DNA of 50,027 nt from an uncultured Candidatus Saccharibacteria bacterium (GCA_964350645.1 CAYGJY010000001.1:274621-324647), one strand, 5' to 3'. Positions 1 through 10,036 are shown, counted from the first letter of the stretch. Numbers and translations: made by a program. The notes: a model not told the origin generated them from the sequence alone.

Positions 1-388
1 GTTGTTTATGGGGATGGTGATCACAATTTTGAGTACCCTGACCTTGGCGTTGTACTTCTATTTACGTTCGCTCGATATCCCAATAGAAGAACTCAGAAGT
101 GCGATGTTCCTCTCAATCTCAGCCGACTCACTCTTTATGGCCTTTGCTTTCCGTTCACTTACGACTCCGGTGTGGAAGATTCCACTCCATACCAATTTAT
201 TTTTTGTCGGTTCATTTTTACTAAGCGTGGCGTTGCTGGGGATTGTCCTCACTATTCCATTTTTCCAGTATCTCTTGTCGTACACGCCACTACCGCTCTT
301 TGACATTCTTCTGGTTGTTGGCTTCAGTCTCGCGTCATTGATAACAATCGAGCTTGGGAAATGGATTTTTTTCGAACGACGAAAATAA
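1..388 (+). CDS. Cation-transporting P-type ATPase, C-terminal membrane part (5' truncated)
   Basis: Hydrophobic helices with FAFRS..TNLFF..IPFFQYLL..TPL..IELGK pattern typical of the Cation_ATPase_C domain; runs off the window start. Confidence 0.75.
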   Translation, partial: LFMGMVITILSTLTLALYFYLRSLDIPIEELRSAMFLSISADSLFMAFAFRSLTTPVWKIPLHTNLFFVGSFLLSVALLGIVLTIPFFQYLLSYTPLPLFDILLVVGFSLASLITIELGKWIFFERRK

Positions 389-414
389 TCACTTCGTGTT
401 AAAATACCAGCATT

Positions 415-1494
415 ATGGATCCAATTCAGCTTATTGCCATGGTGCTGCTTTTAGCAATAGTAGCCCTCCTCGTCTACAATTCATTTTTTAAAACTGGAGA
501 TTCCACAGTTGATGATAAGAGTATGTTGTTATTACAACAGCAGCTTCAGCAGATGACTGAGACGATGGACCGAAAACTCGGCGAAAGCAACAAAGCTATG
601 CAGGAGGGAAGTCGGATGCAATTTCGGGACAGTAAAGAGCTGATGCAGGAGATCAGTCGTGACGTCAACGAACAAATGCGTGATGTAATCAAAAATGTTG
701 CTGAAGTGAAAGAAAGTAGCAAGCAGGTTTTCACCGTTGCTGATCAACTCAAAGAACTCCAAAATATTCTCAAAAACCCGAAGCAACGCGGTGTGCTTGG
801 TGAATATTACCTAGAGACAGTGCTACAAAACGTGCTGCCACCGGAAAGTTTTCAAATGCAGTATGCCTTTGAGGACGGGGAAGTCGTAGATGCGGCTGTG
901 TTTGTCAAAGGCAAAGTGATTCCGGTGGACTCTAAGTTTTCTCTCGAAAATTACAATCGTTTTGCCGAAGCTTCTGACGGTACTGAGAAAGTCCAGTATG
1001 AAAAAGTGTTTTTAAATGACCTCAAGCTCAGAATTACTGAAACTGCCAAGTACATTCGTCCGAGCGAGAAGACCACGGACTTTGCCTTTATGTTTATTCC
1101 GCACGAAGGGATTTACTATGACCTCTTGTCAAACAAAGTTGGTGCTGGGGAAGATAACCTGATCCAACGGGCAGCCGGGAAGTATAAAGTGATTATTGTG
1201 TCACCAACCTCTTTCTTAGCCTACCTCCAGACGGTGCTCCAAGGCCTTAAGGCGATGGAAATTGAAGAAAAGGCGCAGGACATCATCAAGAACGTTGAGA
1301 AGCTGTCAGGGCACATTGCCAAGTATGAGGATTATTATCAAAAGATCGGTAAGACCCTTGAAACGACTGTGAACCACTACAACGCTGGCTACAAAGAGCT
1401 CAATAAGATCGACAAGGATGTGACGCGGATCACAGGTGATTCGATTGATCTCGATGTGTTGGAACTTGATAAACCACATAAGGCTGAGGTGTAG
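415..1494 (+). CDS. rmuC: DNA recombination protein RmuC
   Basis: N-terminal TM, coiled coil, KQRGVLGE, VDSKFSL, FAFMFIPHEGIY and IVSPTS motifs. Confidence 0.93.
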   Translation: MDPIQLIAMVLLLAIVALLVYNSFFKTGDSTVDDKSMLLLQQQLQQMTETMDRKLGESNKAMQEGSRMQFRDSKELMQEISRDVNEQMRDVIKNVAEVKESSKQVFTVADQLKELQNILKNPKQRGVLGEYYLETVLQNVLPPESFQMQYAFEDGEVVDAAVFVKGKVIPVDSKFSLENYNRFAEASDGTEKVQYEKVFLNDLKLRITETAKYIRPSEKTTDFAFMFIPHEGIYYDLLSNKVGAGEDNLIQRAAGKYKVIIVSPTSFLAYLQTVLQGLKAMEIEEKAQDIIKNVEKLSGHIAKYEDYYQKIGKTLETTVNHYNAGYKELNKIDKDVTRITGDSIDLDVLELDKPHKAEV

Positions 1495-1607
1495 AGAGAG
1501 TCGGACGTATTCGCTTAAAGCTCAAGTCAAATTTTAACGAGAGGTTCTCGCTGTCGCTGCGGGTTGTCAAAATGAATCACCTGGGTTTTCTTGTTATAAA
1601 ATGAAAA

Positions 1608-1674
1608 CCGGCGCGGAGCATTACCAAGTTGTTCTTGGATATTAAATATCCTACTTAGTAATGCACCGCGCCGG
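1608..1674 (-). terminator. Long hairpin with T-tract on the minus strand, downstream of the small basic ORF
   Basis: Arms CCGGCGCGGAGCATTACCAAGT / ACTTAGTAATGCACCGCGCCGG (20/22 match), inner GGATATT/AATATCC, AAAA at 1604-1607. Confidence 0.6.
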
Positions 1675-1719
1675 CAGATGATCCTGTCAGTTGCTTACTG
1701 GCTCTCTGTATCTCGGAGC

Positions 1720-1854
1720 CTAGGGCTTTTCCCTTGTTTGGCATTTTCCAGCTGCTTTTTGTGCAGCCTTTGCATCAGTTGGTTTGCCCTTTGCAGCAGC
1801 TCTTTCTGCTGCAACTTTCCTGCGCTTTTTGGCCGCCGCCTTTTTGGATGCCAT
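1720..1854 (-). CDS. Small Lys/Ala-rich basic protein (44 aa)
   Basis: GAGGAGG then 4 nt then ATG; upstream TTGACA-16-TAATTT; MASKKAAAKKRRKVAAERAAAKGKP... Confidence 0.6.
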   Translation of the reverse strand: MASKKAAAKKRRKVAAERAAAKGKPTDAKAAQKAAGKCQTREKP

Positions 1855-1975
1855 ACTACCTCCTCTGGTTGGTAAATCAAAATTACCAGTTCGTTTGCTT
1901 TTGTCAACTGGCCCAGCCAAATCTATTGCAATTTATAAGGATTCTTGTATAATCGAGCGACTTTAAATTAATGAT

Positions 1976-2317
1976 ATGGCCGAAAAAGCAACTACAACCG
2001 AAGAATTTGCTGTTATCGAAACCGGTGGCAAGCAGTATGTCGTGTCTGTTGGGGATGTTCTCGATGTAGAACTCCTTGGTGGTGACATCAAAGAAGGAGA
2101 CAAAGTGGAGTTTGATAAGGTGCTGATGACCGATAATGGCGGGTCTGCGACTGTCGGGGAACCGTACATCAAGGGAGCCAAGGTCAAAGCTTCATACGTG
2201 GCCTTCAAGAAAGGACCAAAAATCTCAATCTTGCGCTACAAAGCCAAGAGTAACCGAGACCGAAAACTCGGCCATCGCCAAAAGTTTGCGACGGTGAAGA
2301 TTGAATCGCTCGCGTAA
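1976..2317 (+). CDS. rplU: 50S ribosomal protein L21
   Basis: FAVIETGGKQY and KLGHRQKF motifs. Confidence 0.97.
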   Translation: MAEKATTTEEFAVIETGGKQYVVSVGDVLDVELLGGDIKEGDKVEFDKVLMTDNGGSATVGEPYIKGAKVKASYVAFKKGPKISILRYKAKSNRDRKLGHRQKFATVKIESLA

Positions 2318-2333
2318 GCGACTTGCGTACGAA

Positions 2334-2369
2334 GCACGAAAAAACTCCCCTTGGGGAGTTTTTTCGTGC
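2334..2369. terminator. Bidirectional intrinsic terminator between rplU and recR
   Basis: GCACGAAAAAACTCCCC-TT-GGGGAGTTTTTTCGTGC perfect inverted repeat between convergent genes. Confidence 0.88.
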
Positions 2370-2382
2370 CGTTATGTAAATA

Positions 2383-2994
2383 CTATGAACGATTTCGCCA
2401 CGCGTTCTTGATCGTCTCGGGATCAGCGTATTCGAGCTCTGAACCAGTTGAGAGCCCACGACCGAGGTAGGAAATTTTGAGTTTTGTTGTATCGGTATCT
2501 TTAAGGAGAGATTCAACAAACCGTCCGGTATTTTCTCCGTCTGGATTAACTGAAAAGGCGAGGATCACTTCTTCAAGTCCTTCAGGCAGTCTCGCTTCTA
2601 CGAGGGTTTTTAACATTCCACCGCGAAGTTTGTTTGAATCCTTGGCGTTTAGAAGTGGTACAGTGCCGCCAAGTACAAAATACAGACCGTCATACACACC
2701 AGCCCGTTCAATAGTTTGGATATCTGAGTCTCGTTCTACTATTGTTAATTTAGAAAAATCACGACTACTATCACTACAGATAGCGCAGAGGGTTTCAGTT
2801 CCTTGAGCAGCAAAAAAACGACGACAACTTTTGCATTCAACGATATCATCTTGTAATGAGGTTATCAGTGCTGCGATTTCTTTCACCTCAGTGGTTTGCA
2901 TAGTAAGTACATGAAAGGCGAAGCGTCGCGCTTGACGAGCGCCAACTCCAGGAAAGGTCTCAAAGTATCTGATTAATTTATCTAAATTGTTCAT
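2383..2994 (-). CDS. recR: Recombination mediator RecR
   Basis: FPGVG HhH motif, C4 zinc finger, Toprim domain (IVE, YFVLGG, GRGLSTGSELEYAD). Confidence 0.95.
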   Translation of the reverse strand: MNNLDKLIRYFETFPGVGARQARRFAFHVLTMQTTEVKEIAALITSLQDDIVECKSCRRFFAAQGTETLCAICSDSSRDFSKLTIVERDSDIQTIERAGVYDGLYFVLGGTVPLLNAKDSNKLRGGMLKTLVEARLPEGLEEVILAFSVNPDGENTGRFVESLLKDTDTTKLKISYLGRGLSTGSELEYADPETIKNAWRNRS

Positions 2995-4391
2995 TAAAAA
3001 TCGTCATCGTTAGCTCGAGTTGACTCAATAGCAGCATTGGAATGCTGGGTGTCGAGATTGAGGAAGCGAACGTGCTGACCATCGAAGTAGAGCTCACAGG
3101 AACCAACAGGACCGTTACGGTGTTTCTCAACCATGATTTCTGCAATGTTTGGTCGTTCGGATTCTTTATTGATTTTGTCCTCACGGTGAATAAACATCAC
3201 GACGTCAGCGTCTTGTTCGATTGATCCAGAGTCACGAAGGTCAGACAGTCGCGGCTTGCCACCACGTTGTTCAACAGCTCGTGATAGCTGCGACAGCGCT
3301 AAGACTGGCACGTCGAGTTCACGGGCAAGGATTTTAAGAGAGCGAGAAATTTCAGTGACTTGTTGCACCATAGAATCGCTCGCCTTGGTCGAGGTGGGAG
3401 ACATGAGTTGGAGGTAGTCGACGATCAGCAAGTCGAGTCCGTGTTCGTTTTTTAGACGACGAGCAGACGAGCGCATTTTCAAAATGTTGTTACCAGGTTG
3501 GTCATCGATATGGATTGGTGCTTCAGAGAGTTTTGCCATCGCTGCTTGGACCGCCTCAAATTCTTGATCAGTCTTTAATTTACCAGTGCGGAGCTTCCAA
3601 GAATCGACTCCAGCTTCAGCTGCGAGCATACGGTCGACAAGTTGTTGGTCACTCATTTCGAGTGAAAAAATACCAACTGAAGCGCCATACTGCACGGCAG
3701 CGTTACGAGCTAAGTCTAGAGCAAAAGTAGTTTTACCCATGGACGGTCGAGCCGCCAGGATTATTAGGTCAGATTTTTGTAAACCAGCCAGGATGTTGTC
3801 GAGCGCACCGAAGCCGGTAGGGACACCACGTTTTTCATTTTGGTTCGCACTTAAATGTTCAAAGCGCTCCCAGGCTTCTGTCAGTGATGACCCAATTGTG
3901 CGGAACCGTTGCGTGGTGCTGTTGTTGGTTACACCATAGACTTTCTTCTCAGCTTGGTCGAGGGTTTCGTCGATGTTGTCTGGGTCAGAGTAACCCATTT
4001 CAGCAATGTCATCAGCGGCGTTAATCAGGCCACGTAAGACAGCTTTATTTTGGACTTGTTCACCATAGTAGGTAGCGTTGCCAGCTGCTGGGACAGTCTC
4101 GATCAGTTCGGTGATGTACGTACCACCGCCGACCCGCTCAAGTTGTTTATTGCCTTTGAGTTTGGTGGTGACCGACAAGAAGTCGATTGGATCACCCTTC
4201 ATAAAAATCTCTAAGATCGCGCGGTAGATCTCGCGGTGCTTTTCAGCATAGAAGCTCTCAGGGAAGACAACTACTGAGATGTCGTGCATCACATCTGGCT
4301 TCAATATAATCGCTCCAAGCAGCGCCTTTTCAGCGTCGATGTTGGTCGGGGGAGTGCGTAAGCGCTTGCTTAATTCTGGAGCGTCGTTCAT
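2994..4391 (-). CDS. dnaB: Replicative DNA helicase DnaB
   Basis: AARPSMGKT Walker A, IVDYLQL, LSQLSR, DLRDSGSIEQDAD, KHRNGP; no intein. Confidence 0.98.
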   Translation of the reverse strand: MNDAPELSKRLRTPPTNIDAEKALLGAIILKPDVMHDISVVVFPESFYAEKHREIYRAILEIFMKGDPIDFLSVTTKLKGNKQLERVGGGTYITELIETVPAAGNATYYGEQVQNKAVLRGLINAADDIAEMGYSDPDNIDETLDQAEKKVYGVTNNSTTQRFRTIGSSLTEAWERFEHLSANQNEKRGVPTGFGALDNILAGLQKSDLIILAARPSMGKTTFALDLARNAAVQYGASVGIFSLEMSDQQLVDRMLAAEAGVDSWKLRTGKLKTDQEFEAVQAAMAKLSEAPIHIDDQPGNNILKMRSSARRLKNEHGLDLLIVDYLQLMSPTSTKASDSMVQQVTEISRSLKILARELDVPVLALSQLSRAVEQRGGKPRLSDLRDSGSIEQDADVVMFIHREDKINKESERPNIAEIMVEKHRNGPVGSCELYFDGQHVRFLNLDTQHSNAAIESTRANDDDF

Positions 4392-4462
4392 GGCTGCCTA
4401 TTTTAGCATGAATCACCGATTGACGATTGTGTTAGAAAATGTTGAAAAGTAGTGGATAGTGG

Positions 4463-5917
4463 CTAGATTTTAGTTAATTTTGGGCCTTCAGCACTGTCTT
4501 CAATGGCGTAACCTTTTTTGGTGAGAATATCACGCAGTTTGTCTGCCTCTGCCCAATTACGAGCAACGCGCGCAGCTTCACGTCCATCAAGGAGGTTTTG
4601 GATGTCAGTCGGGACTTCGGTGGCGGCCAAAAAGCCAAGGGCTTTTTGGCCGCTTTCGACGTCAAGGTCAAGACCAAAACCAAGCACACTGTCGAGTTCA
4701 ACTATCGTGGCCCGTTTGTTTGGAGCTGGGATGTCAGTTTCTTTGAGAAGTTCGTGCATCAGGGCAATTGCTTGTGGCGTATCAAGGTCGTTATTGATGG
4801 CCTCTACAAAGCGTTGGCGGTAGTCAAAGTCGATTGTGCCTGTAGTGTCCAGACAGTCTTCGTACATAAAGCGCCGGAGGCGGAGCAGAGCTTGTTTACT
4901 GGCAGCAAGTGCTTCCATTGAAAAATTAACTTGGGTGCGATAGTGTGAGGTCAGCAACCAGTAACGATACTCAGCGCCTGAGAAGCCAGCTTCAAGTAAT
5001 GTCCCAAGGTTGATGCTATTGCCGGCTGATTTAGCGATTTTGTCACCTTCAATTTGAATGTGTTCGCTATGCAACCAATACCCAACAAATTGTTTGCCAG
5101 TAGCGGCTTCACATTGAGCAATTTCGGCGTTGTGGTGAGTTGGAGCGTTATCGACACCACCGGTATGGATGTCGATTTGTTTGCCAAGCGTCGCCATCGC
5201 CATCGCTGAGCATTCAATATGCCAGCCAGGGAATCCTTGCCCCCATGGACTACTCCAACCCAAGTCACCTTTTTTCCAGACAGCAAAGTCAGCAGGGTGC
5301 TTTTTTTCTGAATTCTCTGCAACACGGGCGCCACTTTTAAGGGTATTTATGTCGATGTTGCCGAGACGACCATACGTCGGAAACTTAGAAATATCAAAGT
5401 AGACACCGTCAGACGTTTCATAGGTGTACCCTTTTTCGTCCAGGGTTTTGATGAGGGTAATTTGTTCTTTTACGAAGTCACTTGCTCTGGTGTATTGCGT
5501 TGGAGGAATAATTTCCATTGATTCAGCATCAGCTTTAAAAGCAGCGATGTATTTGTCTGTCAGCTCACGCATGGTCCGCAAGGAAACTTCTAGGCCTTCA
5601 CGTTTAAGACCTTTCATAATTTTATCTTCGCCAGCGTCAGCATCGTCAGTGAGATGGCCGAAGTCAGTGAGATTCATAGTGTGGTTGACACTGTAGCCGT
5701 TGTATTCAAGGGTGCGCTTGAGAACATCGGCAAATACAAAGGCTCGTAGATTACCGATGTGTGCAAAGTCGTAGACAGTTGGGCCACAACTGTACATAGT
5801 GACTTTGCCAGATTTGCGGGCAGTAAAAACCTCAAGTTTGCGCGACTCCGTATTATATAGCTGCAATGCTGGAAGATCGATTGGCGGTATTTTGGTTGAA
5901 GAAAAGAGGTTGAACAT
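4463..5917 (-). CDS. cysS: Cysteine--tRNA ligase
   Basis: CGPTVY, HIGN, PGWHIECSAM, DIHTGG, KIAKS. Confidence 0.98.
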   Translation of the reverse strand: MFNLFSSTKIPPIDLPALQLYNTESRKLEVFTARKSGKVTMYSCGPTVYDFAHIGNLRAFVFADVLKRTLEYNGYSVNHTMNLTDFGHLTDDADAGEDKIMKGLKREGLEVSLRTMRELTDKYIAAFKADAESMEIIPPTQYTRASDFVKEQITLIKTLDEKGYTYETSDGVYFDISKFPTYGRLGNIDINTLKSGARVAENSEKKHPADFAVWKKGDLGWSSPWGQGFPGWHIECSAMAMATLGKQIDIHTGGVDNAPTHHNAEIAQCEAATGKQFVGYWLHSEHIQIEGDKIAKSAGNSINLGTLLEAGFSGAEYRYWLLTSHYRTQVNFSMEALAASKQALLRLRRFMYEDCLDTTGTIDFDYRQRFVEAINNDLDTPQAIALMHELLKETDIPAPNKRATIVELDSVLGFGLDLDVESGQKALGFLAATEVPTDIQNLLDGREAARVARNWAEADKLRDILTKKGYAIEDSAEGPKLTKI

Positions 5918-5934
5918 AGTGATGACTAGTATAG

Positions 5935-5973
5935 CAAAAAGCCGGCGATCCCAAAGGGATCGCCGGCTTTTTG
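5935..5973. terminator. Intrinsic terminator after corA, abutting the cysS promoter
   Basis: CAAAAAGCCGGCGATCCC-AAA-GGGATCGCCGGCTTTTTG. Confidence 0.85.
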
Positions 5974-6046
5974 AGTATGCTACAGGTCGGCATGAATTTG
6001 CAGCAGTGAAACGTTCCAGAGATTAGCACCAGCTGTCACGTTCGTT

Positions 6047-6958
6047 TTACATCCACTTTTTGTATCTAAAGTATCCAAAGAACGTGATAGATACCACCGC
6101 CATAATACCGAGAATCAGCCAAAAATCGCCAGGTCTACCAACGATCGGCGTGGTTTGTGTATTCATCCCAAACATAGAAGTAAAGAGAGTCAGTGGGAAA
6201 GTGATGAAGGCAAGGATGGTGAACGTCTTCATGATTTCATTTTGTTTGGTAGAAAGTAGGGAGTCATTGGTGGCTCGTAAATCTTCGAGCATTTTTATTA
6301 CTGAGGCCAGACGAGTTTTTTGGTGACCGAATTCATTTTGGAGAGTTTCGATGTGTCTGAGGTACGAGACTCCGAAGGCAAGAGCAGCTTTCTCCTTTAA
6401 TTCTTCCAGCGGCAGTTCATGGGAAGCAATAACTTGTCGGAAAGTGATCAAACGGCGACTTAAGGTCGATATTTCAAATACCATTTCTTTCTCACGTCCT
6501 TGAAAGATTTCTTCCTCCACGTCAGCCATTTTTGACTCCAGATAATCAAGTTTTACTGTCATTGTGCGGTACATATGTTCTAGAAGTCCAAAACACAAAT
6601 GGGCGCCACTTGCTGTTTTGCCAAGCTGATTAACCATACTTGAAACTTCAAACTCTTTAGAAAATCGATGAATTGCTTCAATATCTTCAAATCTGATGGT
6701 TACCAAGTGTTTCTTAGTAGCGATAAATTTAACTTCGTGGGGATGGTTGATATCGACTCGCTTCACGATTGGAAAATCGAGAGTAATTTTAAGGAATCCT
6801 TTTTTGGCAAGTACATCAGATCGAGGCGTCATGGTAGTGAGATCACTCGTAAACTCAAGCGGAATCTTGCATTCAGTAATCACTTCTCGAATCTCCTCGG
6901 TTGACGGATTAATAACGTCTAGCCACGTCAATTGGTTGTGCTCATACCGTCGTATCAT
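6047..6958 (-). CDS. corA: CorA-family Mg2+/divalent cation transporter
   Basis: QNEIMKTFTI, PLTLFTSMFGMN signature and two C-terminal TM helices. Confidence 0.92.
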   Translation of the reverse strand: MIRRYEHNQLTWLDVINPSTEEIREVITECKIPLEFTSDLTTMTPRSDVLAKKGFLKITLDFPIVKRVDINHPHEVKFIATKKHLVTIRFEDIEAIHRFSKEFEVSSMVNQLGKTASGAHLCFGLLEHMYRTMTVKLDYLESKMADVEEEIFQGREKEMVFEISTLSRRLITFRQVIASHELPLEELKEKAALAFGVSYLRHIETLQNEFGHQKTRLASVIKMLEDLRATNDSLLSTKQNEIMKTFTILAFITFPLTLFTSMFGMNTQTTPIVGRPGDFWLILGIMAVVSITFFGYFRYKKWM

Positions 6959-7069
6959 ACTGTCTTAATGATACCAAATGATTGTCAGAATTTGATAGAG
7001 AGTACTGGATAGTGTGCATCAGCTATTTTTTGGCGGATCTGATGTCCTGTGAGATAATGCCAGGGATAT

Positions 7070-8398
7070 ATGGACGATAATCAAACTACACTTCAGCCAA
7101 CGGAAACAGGGAAGCCTGCCAATTCTAATTTGTTATTAGGGATTGGGTTAGCAGTTGTGTTCGCTGCTGCAGCTTTTTTCTCTGGTGTACAGTTCGGCTC
7201 AGGATCTGGTCTCACTAATGGAGGCATGGAAGCTAGTGCTTTTTCTCTATTCCAGAACAATAGCCAGCCAGCTGAAGGGGTTAGTTTGGAAGAGTTCTGG
7301 CGGGTATGGAATCTGATGGAAGAAAAATTTGTTGCTAGTACAACGACAGAGCCAGTAACTATTGAGCAGCGTCTCCAAGGAGCGATTGACGGTCTTGTCG
7401 AGAGCTATGGTGATCCGTACAGTATTTATCTACCGCCAGTTGATGCTGAGCAATTCCAAGAAGATATTTCAGGTAACTTCAGCGGGGTTGGGATGGAGAT
7501 CGGTGAACGTAATAACGTTATTACGGTTATTTCACCGTTACCTGATACTCCAGCCGAGCGCGCTGGTGTAGTGGCTGGCGATATTATCGTCAAGATTGAT
7601 GGTGAGTCAACTGAAAGTATGAATGTCGATGAAGCGGTGAATCGAATTCGAGGTGAAAAGGGAACTGAGGTGAAGTTGACAATCTACCGTGAAGGCGAAT
7701 CAGACTTCAAAGACATTGCGATCGTTCGTGACACAATCTTGGTGCCAACTATTAAAACTGAAGTTCAGGGTGACGTGTTTGTTATTAAACTCTTTAGCTT
7801 CAACGCTATAGCTGAATTAAAGATGCAGGAAGCACTTCGAGAGTATGTGACGTCAGGAACCAAAAAAATGGTGATCGATTTACGTGGTAATCCAGGCGGT
7901 TTTTTGCAGAGTGCGGTATCAATCGCTGGCTATTTCTTACCGACAGGTAAAGTGGTTGTGCGGGAAAGCTTTGGCGGCGGCATTGATGAGCAAGTCTTCC
8001 GCAGCCAAGGGAAAGATTTGCGACAGTTTGCACCTGAAGAGATTGTTGTACTAATCAATGGTGGTTCTGCTTCTGCATCCGAGATTTTAGCTGGAGCGCT
8101 CCAAGAGCATGGTGTCGCAACCTTGATCGGTGAAACCACTTTCGGTAAAGGGTCTGTCCAAGAATTGGTTGAACTACCTGATGGCTCATCACTTAAAGTT
8201 ACCGTAGCACGCTGGCTGACACCAAATGGCATTTCAATTTCTGAAGGAGGACTAAAACCTGACATTGTCATAACGCGGACGCCACAACAATTTCTGGAAA
8301 ATATTGACCCTCAACTCAATGCCGCTCTTGAATGGCTTGCTGGCAACAAAAATATCACTGATAAAGCAGCTACCTCATCACCAGCCTTCCCTGAGTAG
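7070..8398 (+). CDS. Carboxyl-terminal processing protease (S41, CtpA-like) with PDZ domain
   Basis: DPYS, GVGM PDZ loop, IDLRGNPGG, SASASEI, TFGKGSVQ. Confidence 0.95.
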   Translation: MDDNQTTLQPTETGKPANSNLLLGIGLAVVFAAAAFFSGVQFGSGSGLTNGGMEASAFSLFQNNSQPAEGVSLEEFWRVWNLMEEKFVASTTTEPVTIEQRLQGAIDGLVESYGDPYSIYLPPVDAEQFQEDISGNFSGVGMEIGERNNVITVISPLPDTPAERAGVVAGDIIVKIDGESTESMNVDEAVNRIRGEKGTEVKLTIYREGESDFKDIAIVRDTILVPTIKTEVQGDVFVIKLFSFNAIAELKMQEALREYVTSGTKKMVIDLRGNPGGFLQSAVSIAGYFLPTGKVVVRESFGGGIDEQVFRSQGKDLRQFAPEEIVVLINGGSASASEILAGALQEHGVATLIGETTFGKGSVQELVELPDGSSLKVTVARWLTPNGISISEGGLKPDIVITRTPQQFLENIDPQLNAALEWLAGNKNITDKAATSSPAFPE

Positions 8399-8506
8399 GG
8401 CAGTTTTAACAGCCATGCATCTGTGCTATATTAGCGCCTAATCAGTGCTGGTAGACAGAGTTACCAACAACAGATATTTAACAGATACATCTAATCAACA
8501 GTCAGT

Positions 8507-8953
8507 ATGAAAGTAGTGTTATTACAAGACGTAGCGAAGATTGGACGACGCTTTTCCGTCGTTGACGTACCTAATGGGTACGCGCTCAATATGCTTATCC
8601 CTAAAGGTTTGGCTGAAGCAGCTACGCCAGAAAACATGAAGCGAGTAACTGCAATGAAAAATAGTGCCAGTACATCCCAGGCTGACAAGGAGAGCTTGTT
8701 TGAAGCGGCTTTGTCACTGATTGAAGGTAAAGCAATTGTTGTGTCAGCTGCTGCAAATGATAAAGGACATTTATTTGAGGCTGTGAAACTGGACTCAATA
8801 ATTGGTGCTATTGGTGGCCATGGGGCAGTTGTGACTGCTGAACAGCTTGCCATCGATACTCCAATCAAAGAAGTTGGCGAACACACAATTGCGTTGCGCG
8901 AGGGCGATGTAACCAAAAAAATTACTATTACAGTTGAAGCAGCTACTGCCTAG
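8507..8953 (+). CDS. rplI: 50S ribosomal protein L9
   Basis: MKVVLLQDV..V.VPNGYALNMLIPKGLA; GHLF; PIKEVGEH. Confidence 0.95.
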   Translation: MKVVLLQDVAKIGRRFSVVDVPNGYALNMLIPKGLAEAATPENMKRVTAMKNSASTSQADKESLFEAALSLIEGKAIVVSAAANDKGHLFEAVKLDSIIGAIGGHGAVVTAEQLAIDTPIKEVGEHTIALREGDVTKKITITVEAATA

Positions 8954-8964
8954 TACGTACTCGT

Positions 8965-9681
8965 ATGCACAAGAACTTTAAACTCATTGGTATTACACTC
9001 AGTCTCTCAGCCTTAATTATTGCTGGTATGGTATGGTTTGTTGATTATCAAGCAACCAAAAATAGCGAGACACTATTAACCTATGACGAAACACTTGATG
9101 AATCAGAATTTTTAGACGGCCCATTATCACCAGAGGAACTAGAAGTATCTAACCCAGAGGTATCAAACACTATGAATCCAACAGCAATTATTACAACAAA
9201 TCAAGGAGTGATTGAGCTTGAACTATTCGCTGACCAAATGCCAGTAACTGTCGGTAACTTTGTATCACTTGCAAACAGTGACTTTTACGATGGCACTAAA
9301 TTTCATCGCATTATCGATGGCTTTATGATCCAGGGAGGAGATCCAAATACAAAGTCTGATGATACCAGTAGTTACGGAACTGGTGGATCTGACAACATTC
9401 AGGACGAGTTTGTGGCTGGTGAATTACTAACCAATACCCGAGGAAGCATTGCAATGGCTAATACTGGCCAACCAAACTCAGGTAGTAGCCAGTTCTTCAT
9501 CAATTTAGGCGATAATAGTCCACTGGATTTTGATGATAACCGACAACCAAACTCAAAGCACCCAGTATTTGGTAGAGTTGTTAACGGTATGGATGTAGTT
9601 GATAAGATCGCCAAAGTTGAGACTGGAGCACGTGACATTCCGGTCACACCAGTGATAATTGAATCAATCGAGATTAAGTAG
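8965..9681 (+). CDS. Cyclophilin-type peptidyl-prolyl isomerase with N-terminal membrane anchor
   Basis: FYDGTKFHRII, FMIQGGDP, IAMAN, GSSQFFIN, HPVFGRV. Confidence 0.95.
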   Translation: MHKNFKLIGITLSLSALIIAGMVWFVDYQATKNSETLLTYDETLDESEFLDGPLSPEELEVSNPEVSNTMNPTAIITTNQGVIELELFADQMPVTVGNFVSLANSDFYDGTKFHRIIDGFMIQGGDPNTKSDDTSSYGTGGSDNIQDEFVAGELLTNTRGSIAMANTGQPNSGSSQFFINLGDNSPLDFDDNRQPNSKHPVFGRVVNGMDVVDKIAKVETGARDIPVTPVIIESIEIK

Positions 9682-9694
9682 AGTACCGACTGTG

Positions 9695-9737
9695 GAATAC
9701 GAAAAAGGCCTGGCGTTGCCAGGCCTTTTTCGTATTC
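9695..9737. terminator. Bidirectional terminator between PPIase and rpmA
   Basis: GAATACGAAAAAGGCCTGGC-GTT-GCCAGGCCTTTTTCGTATTC. Confidence 0.88.
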
Positions 9738-9745
9738 AAAACTGC

Positions 9746-10024
9746 TTACGCAGTGGTAACAGATACTTGCTTCTTGGTCACTACTTTGCCGTTGAAACGG
9801 GTCTTTCGACTCTCGTTGAATGCAACTGTACCATCAGTCATAGCAAACAGCGTATGGTCTTTACCGACCTTTACATTCTTTCCAGCTTCGATCTTGGTTC
9901 CGCGCTGTCGAACAATTACTTGTCCTGTTTTTACTGCCTGACCATCTGCACGCTTTACACCGAGATACTTTGGTTGCGAGTCACGCAGGTTTTTAGCTGT
10001 TCCGCCTCCTTTTTTAGTTGACAT
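9746..10024 (-). CDS. rpmA: 50S ribosomal protein L27
   Basis: [37 protein letters not shown]. Confidence 0.97.
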   Translation of the reverse strand: MSTKKGGGTAKNLRDSQPKYLGVKRADGQAVKTGQVIVRQRGTKIEAGKNVKVGKDHTLFAMTDGTVAFNESRKTRFNGKVVTKKQVSVTTA

Positions 10025-10036
10025 ACGTTATAATAA

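Noticed and set aside
4440-4459. Two degenerate DnaA boxes upstream of dnaB (TTTTCAACA, CTATCCACT on the minus strand)
   Set aside because: One to two mismatches each; could be chance.
5918-6046. T-box upstream of cysS (also checked trpS and gltX)
   Set aside because: No GGTGGNACC bulge. cysS and trpS have -10 boxes right before the ATG, and gltX is coupled to murG.
8430-8506. AACAG(ATA) repeats and a small hairpin in the rplI leader
   Set aside because: Too short and low in complexity to call a regulatory element.
1976-10024. rplU and rpmA are unlinked
   Set aside because: Departs from the usual operon, but to my knowledge this is common in Patescibacteria; used only as a taxonomic hint.
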